The position numbers were made by a program, and so were the translations under genes. The notes beneath the pieces are model-generated. The model did no database searches. It was not told the DNA's origin and saw nothing but the letters and a program-made list of their open reading frames with translations. Positions 6,362 to 13,530 of a DNA stretch of 17,418 bases are shown one piece after another; position 1 is the first letter of the stretch; the number at the start of each line of letters is the position of its first letter. Origin of the DNA: Candidatus Scalinduaceae bacterium (GTDB taxonomy: Bacteria > Planctomycetota > Brocadiia > Brocadiales > Scalinduaceae); assembly GCA_046759445.1 (NCBI GenBank), contig JBHICG010000070.1:1-17418 (forward strand). The letters run 5' to 3'.

Positions 6362-8083
6362 TTATCTCCAAACCACCTTCTTAACACTTATCGAATCAGT
6401 AGGGCAATCCGCACAAATACCGCACTTGATACACGCCTCCCTATCCTTATACCTGACCGCTCCGTCTTTGTTCATAAAGGTTCTGAAATGTGTCTCCTTC
6501 CCATTTACGGTTAAAATACGTATAGCGTTCATCGGACATACACTTGCGCATCTCCCACAAAGTACACAATCTCTTGTCTCTATCTCAATATTTTTATCAC
6601 ATTGCAAACAACGTTGCGCCTCTGTCTTTGCTTGTTCCTCAGTCATGCATTTAAAAACCTCAATAAATTTTTTACTCCTTTTCTCTACAGGCAATATCTC
6701 AGGTTTTTGTCTCTCGATTGTATCATAATTATTTTCTCTTTGGGTAAATTCAGAATCCTCCAGACTTACTAATATTTCTTCTTTTTCTACGACTGAATCT
6801 CGTTCACTAATATAACCGTTTATTGATTTTGATGCGGCATGGCCTTGCGCAATGGCATCTATTATCATTCCATTCCCTGTAACTACATCACCACCAGCGA
6901 AGACATTTGGACGATTCGTCCTCAAGATACAGTCTTCTACCTCGATTGTGCCCCTCTTTGACGCATTTATGTCTGAATTACCAGATAAAACCTCCAAGTC
7001 AGGTATTTGACCTATAGCATGGATAACATAATCAGTTTCTACAATAAATTGCTTTCCAGAAATGGGGACAGGTCGTGGCCTTCCACTTTCATCAATTTCC
7101 CCAGGCGCCATCTCAACACACTTAACAGCCGTAACCATTTCATTATCACTTACAATTTCAATTGGCGCTGCCAGGCATTTTATTTTCACTCCTTCTTCTT
7201 CTGCCTCCTTAATCTCCGAATGGTAAGCTGGCATTTCTTTTCTGGTTCTCCTATAAATGATGGTTACCTCTGAACCTAATCGTAGTACACTTCTTGCAGA
7301 ATCAATTGCAGAACTTCCCCCTCCTATGACGACAACCTTCGCCCCAATCTCAATAGCTCCCTTGAGATTAACTTTTTTTAAAAACTCAATACAGTTTACT
7401 ACGCCCTTTGCATCCTCTCCTGGTATATTTAGGGTATTACTTCTATGTGCTCCCGTGGCAATGAAGACGGCCTTATAACCCTTATTAAGAAGGTCATCAA
7501 TTGTCAAATCTTTTCCTACATTCGTATTCAATCTGAATTCTACACCCAGTTTTAAGATATATTGAAGGTCATATTTTATTTGTTCTCTGGGAAGTCGGAA
7601 AGCAGGTATACACAACCGCAACATACCACCAACAACAGGTTCCCTTTCAAAGACGGTAACTCTGTATCCTAGTTTCGCAAGGTCATGAGCAGCCGTTAAC
7701 CCTGCAGGACCCGAACCTATTATGGCAACTCTTTCTTCCCTCAACTTGACCTTGAGTTGGGGAGGTCCACCTCTATGAGACTGAACGTAATCAGTTACAA
7801 ACCTCTTTAAGTTATTTATGGCTACTGATTCACCCGTTTTGTTTCTTTTGCACTCATTTTCACAAGGATGATAACATACTCTCCCGCAAACTGAGGGTAA
7901 GGGATTTGTCTCCCTCATGAGATTATAGGATTCATCGTGTTTCCCCTGCGCTATCAAACGTATATATTCTGGAATATCCATATGTACGGGACATCTATAC
8001 TGGCACTTAATATTACGTACTAAAGATTTGAAATTCATTACACCTAGTTGCAACCTCTTTTCCTCTACCGTAACGGTGGCCAT
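6362..8083 (-). CDS. FAD-dependent NAD(P)H oxidoreductase with N-terminal Fe-S domain and C-terminal ferredoxin domain (GltD/NfnB/DsrL-like)
   Basis: CQYRCPVHMDIPEY, CGRVCYHPCENEC, FAD motif IIGSGPAGL, NAD(P) motif VIGGGSSAIDSAR, YRRT..EMPA, VFAGGD, EAQRCLQC, CVLCGRCASVCP and CIKCGICADCP. Confidence 0.88.
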   Translation of the reverse strand: MATVTVEEKRLQLGVMNFKSLVRNIKCQYRCPVHMDIPEYIRLIAQGKHDESYNLMRETNPLPSVCGRVCYHPCENECKRNKTGESVAINNLKRFVTDYVQSHRGGPPQLKVKLREERVAIIGSGPAGLTAAHDLAKLGYRVTVFEREPVVGGMLRLCIPAFRLPREQIKYDLQYILKLGVEFRLNTNVGKDLTIDDLLNKGYKAVFIATGAHRSNTLNIPGEDAKGVVNCIEFLKKVNLKGAIEIGAKVVVIGGGSSAIDSARSVLRLGSEVTIIYRRTRKEMPAYHSEIKEAEEEGVKIKCLAAPIEIVSDNEMVTAVKCVEMAPGEIDESGRPRPVPISGKQFIVETDYVIHAIGQIPDLEVLSGNSDINASKRGTIEVEDCILRTNRPNVFAGGDVVTGNGMIIDAIAQGHAASKSINGYISERDSVVEKEEILVSLEDSEFTQRENNYDTIERQKPEILPVEKRSKKFIEVFKCMTEEQAKTEAQRCLQCDKNIEIETRDCVLCGRCASVCPMNAIRILTVNGKETHFRTFMNKDGAVRYKDREACIKCGICADCPTDSISVKKVVWR

Positions 8084-8149
8084 TACTGTTTACTTTCAAA
8101 AAAGTTAAAAATCACAAATAAGCATAATAATTTGCATAGTAAATAAATA

Positions 8150-8178
8150 ATTATCATATTTTTATATTTTTTAAGCAA
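8150..8178 (-). promoter_or_regulatory. Candidate sigma-70 promoter of the flavoprotein gene
   Basis: Minus strand TTGCTT-N17-GATAAT, 67 nt upstream of the ATG at 8083. Confidence 0.35.
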
Positions 8179-8273
8179 ATCGGTTTAATACCCAATTATG
8201 TTAAAAGTTTTAGCTTATCCGTTAACACTTGCCAAATTACGAGTCTATATTCTTAACAAAAAAAAGGTGTTAT

Positions 8274-9062
8274 CTAACAGGACAAGCCAGAACCAAGCAG
8301 TTCCTTTATCTTTAAGTAAACATCGTCACTGCGCATTAAGGTTTCACCTATCAGTATTGCATCAATGCCGGCTTCTTCCAGTTTCAAGACATCAGCCCTG
8401 GATTTGATACCACTTTCACTTACAATAATCTTTCCTTTCGGAATAAGAGGACAGAGTCGAAGTGTAGTTTCCAAGTTTGTCTCAAACGTATCAAGATTTC
8501 TATTATTAATTCCAATAATTTCGGCTCCTGTTTCCAGTACCTCTTTTAACTCACTACTATCGTGGATTTCAACCAGGCATTGCATCCCCAGGTCGTGGGA
8601 AAGCAAGAGAAAGACGTCTATCTGTTCTTTTGTGAGAAGCCTTGCAATCAGCAATATCGAATCAGCCCCAGCAGCCCTTGCCTCGTATACCTGATACGAG
8701 TCAATTATAAAATCCTTTCTCAGGACAGGCACACCAATAGTATCTTTAATCTCCGTAAGGTATTTCAGGTCTCCCATAAAAAACTCCTTGTCGGTTAGCA
8801 CAGATATAGCAGAAGCGCCACTTGCTTCATACTCCATTGCAATGTTGATGTAGTTAAAATCTTTCCTTATTATGCCCGCAGAGGGTGATGCCTTTTTGAC
8901 CTCAGCTATAAACCTAATTCCATTGCTTTTTTTAATTGCCTCACTAAACTTTATTGTTTTAAGAGGCACCGTACATTTTTCTTTCAGGGTTTCTACAGGG
9001 GCAAGTCTTTTATTCTCAGCAACCTCTTTGAGTTTATATGAGTAGATTTTGTCTAATATCAA
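8274..9062 (-). CDS. trpC: Indole-3-glycerol phosphate synthase
   Basis: IAEVKKASPSAG, ISVLTD..FF.G, PVLRKDFIID.YQ, GADSILLI, LVEIH, IGINNRNL.TF, VSESGI, LIGETLMR. TTG start. Confidence 0.96.
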   Translation of the reverse strand: MILDKIYSYKLKEVAENKRLAPVETLKEKCTVPLKTIKFSEAIKKSNGIRFIAEVKKASPSAGIIRKDFNYINIAMEYEASGASAISVLTDKEFFMGDLKYLTEIKDTIGVPVLRKDFIIDSYQVYEARAAGADSILLIARLLTKEQIDVFLLLSHDLGMQCLVEIHDSSELKEVLETGAEIIGINNRNLDTFETNLETTLRLCPLIPKGKIIVSESGIKSRADVLKLEEAGIDAILIGETLMRSDDVYLKIKELLGSGLSC

Positions 9063-9175
9063 ATCTAATTCCTTTTAACTAAATTTGGATTTCAGAGATA
9101 TTAGATTAAATGTTTTGTCTCATCCAGTCAAGGTTTGAATTTGCTTGAATTTGCTAACCAAGTCTTTAAAAATGA

Positions 9176-9204
9176 TTGAACATAAACTTCTTTTATATTA
9201 AAAT
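9176..9204 (+). promoter_or_regulatory. Candidate sigma-70 promoter of the aminotransferase gene
   Basis: TTGAAC-N17-TAAAAT. A divergent TTGACT-N17-TAATCT on the minus strand near 9103-9131 could serve trpC. Confidence 0.4.
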
Positions 9205-9312
9205 CAGCAAGAATTTTAAACATAATCGGCTAATCTCAAAGAACAGAACAAAAAGGCATTTTTCACATATCTAAGTTTCATAACATTTTTTTGAAATTAG
9301 AAAGAGAAAATT

Positions 9313-10452
9313 ATGAAAAAAACTTATCTATTTACACCAGGCCCAACACAGGTGCCGCCTGAAGTAACATTGGCTGAGGCAAGACCAATGATTCATCACA
9401 GAACGTCTGAATTCTCAAATATCTTTCTAAAGGTCTCAAATGATTTAAAATATGTTTTCCAGACCAAAAATGGTGAGGTGTTTACGTTTGCCTCTTCAGG
9501 TACAGGTGGAATGGAGGCTTGTGTGGTAAACTCTTTGTCCCAGGGAGACAAAGTAGTTGTAGTTAGAGGTGGCAAATTTGGTAAAAGATGGGCAGATATT
9601 TGTGAGGCTTACGGCGTAAACGTAATACCCGTTGACATAGAATATGGAAAAGCCCTTAAACCAGACCTCTTGGATTATGTATTAAAAAAAGAAAAGGAAG
9701 TAAGGGCCGTGTTTGTCACACAATGTGAGACATCTACGGGTGTCGTTCATGATATTGAAGGCATTGCAAAGGCTGTGAAAAACCATAACGTATTATTGAT
9801 TGTAGATGCAATAACGGGCGTTGGAGTCCATCCACTCATGATGGATGATTGGGGCATAGATATTGCCGTTGCTGGTTCACAAAAGGGTTGTATGCTACCG
9901 CCAGGACTGGCCTTTGTATGTGTGGGACAAAGCGCCTGGGAGGCAATTAAAAAGGCAGGGCTACCAAAGTACTATTGGGATTTCAAGAAGATGAGCAAGA
10001 GCTTGAGCAATAATACCACAGCATTTACGCCTGCAATTACGCTTATAATGGCAGCAGGCAAGGCTTTGGATATGATTAGGGAAGAGGGTATTGAAAATGT
10101 CTGGGAAAGACATGCAAGATTAGCGCATGCTGCGAGAGAGGGCATAAGGGCATTAGGTCTTGAGCTTTTTGCCGGAGATGCCTCAAGCAATGTCTTAACG
10201 GCCGTAAAATCTCCGGAGGGTTTCGATATTAATTCTGCTATAAAGAGGCTGAGGGATGAATCCGGAGTAACGATAACGGGTGGTCAGGACGAATTAAAGG
10301 GAAAGATATTCAGGATTGGACATATGGGTTATGTCAATGAATTCGACATAATTCTGGCAATCTCGGCAGTTGAAAAATGTTTACACGAAAACGGTTATAA
10401 AATTGAATTAGGTAAAGGAGTATCAAGGGTACAAGAGGCGTTGATGAGTTGA
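9313..10452 (+). CDS. Class V PLP aminotransferase (alanine-glyoxylate/serine-pyruvate family; possibly phosphoserine aminotransferase role)
   Basis: LFTPGPTQVP, HHRT.EF, SSGTGGMEA, GKFGKRW, ETSTGV, VDAIT, PLP lysine GSQKG.MLPPGL, FRIGHMG. Confidence 0.9.
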   Translation: MKKTYLFTPGPTQVPPEVTLAEARPMIHHRTSEFSNIFLKVSNDLKYVFQTKNGEVFTFASSGTGGMEACVVNSLSQGDKVVVVRGGKFGKRWADICEAYGVNVIPVDIEYGKALKPDLLDYVLKKEKEVRAVFVTQCETSTGVVHDIEGIAKAVKNHNVLLIVDAITGVGVHPLMMDDWGIDIAVAGSQKGCMLPPGLAFVCVGQSAWEAIKKAGLPKYYWDFKKMSKSLSNNTTAFTPAITLIMAAGKALDMIREEGIENVWERHARLAHAAREGIRALGLELFAGDASSNVLTAVKSPEGFDINSAIKRLRDESGVTITGGQDELKGKIFRIGHMGYVNEFDIILAISAVEKCLHENGYKIELGKGVSRVQEALMS

Positions 10453-10456
10453 AGAA

Positions 10457-10546
10457 AATCCTCCTAAATCCCCCCCTTTGAAAAGGGGGCTGTTCCAGGT
10501 GGAACAGCTAAGCAATTCTTCGAATTGCCGGAAACACGGGGGATTT
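10457..10546. repeat. Composite multi-hairpin palindromic element between convergent genes (possibly also a terminator)
   Basis: AAATCCCCC(10466-74)/GGGGGATTT(10538-46) ends, CCCCCTTT-GA-AAAGGGGG (10472-89), GCTGTTCC-AGGT-GGAACAGC (10489-508) and GCAATTC-TTC-GAATTGC (10512-28). Confidence 0.7.
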
Positions 10547-10636
10547 CTATATTATGCATCGAGATTGTTTCCAGGTACACATAATTCCTAAAGGATTAAA
10601 TCCTGAATAGGGTTGATGTTTTTCAGACAACATCCA

Positions 10637-11842
10637 TCAGACTGTCAAGGGTTCATCCACAAGTAATCCGATTTCTTCATCTGTTAGATAACATGCAGGA
10701 TCTGGTTTCCACATATCTCCATAATATGCCTCGGCACGCGCCCTGAAATTTCCACCACATATATCGAGCCATTTACATTTAGAGCAACGACCAGTAACAT
10801 AATGTTTTTTATCCTTTAATTTTGCCATAAGGGGGTTTGAAGTATCCTCCCAGATTTCGCCAAATTTTCTTTCACGCACGTTTCCAAACGTGTATTGTCT
10901 CCAGAACTGGTCAGCATGTACGACGCCATCCCAACTCACACAGGCAAGGCCATGTCCGGAGCTATTTCCCTCATTCCACTTTAATAACTCAAGCACTTCG
11001 GCCGCTCGCTTGGGGTCTTCCTTAAGCAATCTTAAATATACATATGGACCATCTGCATGATTGTCTACCGTTAAAACCTCTATCTTCTTTCCACGTTCAT
11101 GTGCTTCCTTTGTCTTGTCTATAATTAGATCAACGACTCTGCGGGTTTCTTCATGTGATAAATCCTCTTCAATCAATCTTGAACCCCTGCCTGAATAAAC
11201 TAAATGATAAAAGCAGACCCTTGGAATATTTTCTTCCTCGATTAGCTCAAAGATTCCCGGGATGTCCTTGGCATTTCTTTTGTTAATGGTGAAGCGGAGC
11301 CCCACTTTTATCCCTAATTTCAGGCAATTCCTTATTCCCTGTAGTGCATCATCAAAGGCTCCTTCGATGCCACGAAATTTGTCGTTGGTTTCCCTTAAAC
11401 CGTCAAGGCTTATTCCAACATACGAAAGCCCGAATTTTTTTAATTCTTCCGCTTTTTCTTCAGTAATCAGAGTTCCATTTGTGCTTATAACGGCTCTCAA
11501 ACCCTTATTACGTGCATATACTATTAATTCCAGTAAATCTTCTCTCATTAAGGGTTCACCACCCGAAAAGAGAATTACTGGCGCACCGTATTCCGCAAGG
11601 CCATCAAGCAGAGCCTTTGCCTCTTTCGTATTTAGTTCGTTTGGATACTCTATATCCTTCGATTGGGAATAACAATGTACACATTTAAGATTGCATCGCT
11701 GCCCTACACTCCACACAACTACAGGTTTTTTGTCCTTAGAAAATTGCAAAAGATGTGAAGGCAGGTTTTTTGATTCTCTGCCATATCTTAGCGCATCTGA
11801 AGGTTCAACCGTACCACAATACAGCTTTGAAATACCAATCAT
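10637..11842 (-). CDS. ahbC: Radical SAM/SPASM 12,18-didecarboxysiroheme deacetylase (Fe-coproporphyrin III synthase, NirJ1) of the alternative heme pathway
   Basis: Characteristic N-terminus MIGISKLYCGTVEPSDALRYGR...LPSHLLQFSKDKKPVVVW, CNLKCVHC, FYHLVYSGRG, LTVDNHADG, and SPASM CSKCKWLDICGGNFRARA...DPACY. Confidence 0.9.
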   Translation of the reverse strand: MIGISKLYCGTVEPSDALRYGRESKNLPSHLLQFSKDKKPVVVWSVGQRCNLKCVHCYSQSKDIEYPNELNTKEAKALLDGLAEYGAPVILFSGGEPLMREDLLELIVYARNKGLRAVISTNGTLITEEKAEELKKFGLSYVGISLDGLRETNDKFRGIEGAFDDALQGIRNCLKLGIKVGLRFTINKRNAKDIPGIFELIEEENIPRVCFYHLVYSGRGSRLIEEDLSHEETRRVVDLIIDKTKEAHERGKKIEVLTVDNHADGPYVYLRLLKEDPKRAAEVLELLKWNEGNSSGHGLACVSWDGVVHADQFWRQYTFGNVRERKFGEIWEDTSNPLMAKLKDKKHYVTGRCSKCKWLDICGGNFRARAEAYYGDMWKPDPACYLTDEEIGLLVDEPLTV

Positions 11843-11890
11843 TTTAACACCTCATAACTTGAGTTAGGGTTTGTTATTTTACAAAACTTT

Positions 11891-11919
11891 ATATTACCTC
11901 ATTTTATTTAAAGAGTCAA
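11891..11919 (-). promoter_or_regulatory. Candidate sigma-70 promoter of ahbC
   Basis: Minus strand TTGACT-N17-TAATAT in the recA-ahbC gap. Confidence 0.45.
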
Positions 11920-11925
11920 TGTGTT

Positions 11926-12963
11926 TCATGTTTTTGCAGCTAGTTTTTTAATTATTGCCTGTTCAATTTCTTTAAGTAATTCGGGTTTTTGAGCAATAAA
12001 TCTCTTGGCATTTTCCCTTCCCTGTCCCAACCGTATATTTCCATAGGAAAACCATGTTCCACTTTTTTCTATTATTTGATTCTCAGCGCCCATGTCAATT
12101 ATATCACCAGCCCTTGATATACCATGATTAAACATTATGTCAAATTCTGCCTTTTTAAATGGTGGAGAAACTTTATTTTTTGCAATTTTAACTCTAACAC
12201 GGTTTCCGATAATATGATCACCATCCTTAATGCTCCCAATCCTACGGATATCAATCCTAACAGAGGAATAAAATTTTAATGCCCGCCCGCCAGGTGTTGT
12301 TTCCGGATTACCGAACATTACTCCTATTTTTTCACGGATCTGGTTGATAAATATGATACACGTCTTTGATTTTGAAATAACGGCCGTGAGCTTTCTAAGC
12401 GCTTGTGACATTAATCGAGCTTGCAACGCAACATGAGTATCCCCCATCTCTCCCTCAAGTTCAGTCCTTGGCACCAGGGCCGCAACAGAGTCAACGACAA
12501 TTACGTCAATTGCATTGCTTCTCGTTAATAGTTCGGCTATTTCCAATGCCTGTTCTCCAGTATCAGGCTGATTTACCAATAAGTTGTCAATATTTACACC
12601 CAACTTTTTTGCATAGTCAGGGTCCAGGGCGTGTTCAACGTCAATAAAAGCAGCAGTACCGCCACCCTTCTGAGCATTGGCTACTATGTGAAGTGTCAGT
12701 GTAGTTTTTCCTGATGCCTCAGGCCCATAGATTTCCACCACCCTTCCCCTGGGCACACCACCCACACCTAAGGCAAGATCGAGCGTGAGAGAACCTGTTG
12801 AAATTACGGGTACATCCAGCTTTACACTTGTCCCGAGGCGCATTATGGCCCCTTTCCCGTATTGCCTTTCAATCTGTGATACTGCTCGCTCCAGAGCTTG
12901 ATTCTTTTTCCCTGTATCAGATTTTTCTTTTTCGGGATGTTCAGACTTCTGTAACTTAGCCAT
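11926..12963 (-). CDS. recA: Recombinase RecA
   Basis: [73 protein letters not shown]. No intein. Confidence 0.99.
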   Translation of the reverse strand: MAKLQKSEHPEKEKSDTGKKNQALERAVSQIERQYGKGAIMRLGTSVKLDVPVISTGSLTLDLALGVGGVPRGRVVEIYGPEASGKTTLTLHIVANAQKGGGTAAFIDVEHALDPDYAKKLGVNIDNLLVNQPDTGEQALEIAELLTRSNAIDVIVVDSVAALVPRTELEGEMGDTHVALQARLMSQALRKLTAVISKSKTCIIFINQIREKIGVMFGNPETTPGGRALKFYSSVRIDIRRIGSIKDGDHIIGNRVRVKIAKNKVSPPFKKAEFDIMFNHGISRAGDIIDMGAENQIIEKSGTWFSYGNIRLGQGRENAKRFIAQKPELLKEIEQAIIKKLAAKT

Positions 12964-12987
12964 AAATTACTCCCTTCGTGAATTGTT

Positions 12988-13500
12988 TTATTTTTTTACA
13001 TTAACAGTTTTCTCAGATGGCAACTTATCTTTGAGATTTTGGGGAATCATAGAAATAACGACTTTTGCACCTTTATCAAGATTATGCGCAATTAAAGAAT
13101 TGCTAACTATTACGCCTGCCCTGTTACCTTCCATAAAAGACACTCCTGATATGATGATGCTACACGTCAAGATTGCCTTTATGAATGCAAATCCCCCCCC
13201 TAAAATTCTCCCACTTATTCCGAATTTCCTTTTAGTCAGAGTGGATTTGAATAAGTTGCCGATTGCATATGTCATAATCAGGATAATAACGAAAACTATT
13301 CCAAAGCTTACTATATTGGCCATTTCAGGATTAAATAGGCCGTCTAAGATGCTACTTAGAATTTTATAAATCAAGAGAGCGGCAATGACTGACAAGATAA
13401 CTGAACAAATTCGATAAACCTGCCAGAGAGGCCCCGTCCATGTTCCTAATAAAGCTCCTATTGCCATAAATACTATTAAAGCGTAATCAAGCCAGTGCAT
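12988..13500 (-). CDS. cvpA: CvpA (colicin V production) family membrane protein
   Basis: MHWLDYALIV N-terminus, four hydrophobic segments, RILGGGFAFIKA and a terminal 'NSLI' pattern typical of CvpA. Confidence 0.75.
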   Translation of the reverse strand: MHWLDYALIVFMAIGALLGTWTGPLWQVYRICSVILSVIAALLIYKILSSILDGLFNPEMANIVSFGIVFVIILIMTYAIGNLFKSTLTKRKFGISGRILGGGFAFIKAILTCSIIISGVSFMEGNRAGVIVSNSLIAHNLDKGAKVVISMIPQNLKDKLPSEKTVNVKK

Positions 13501-13530
13501 TATGTTAAATCCCTCATAAATAGTACGTTT

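Noticed and set aside
6362..8083. Calling the flavoprotein gltD or dsrL
   Set aside because: There is no gltB or dsr context in the window, and the architecture is shared by several families, so no symbol was assigned.
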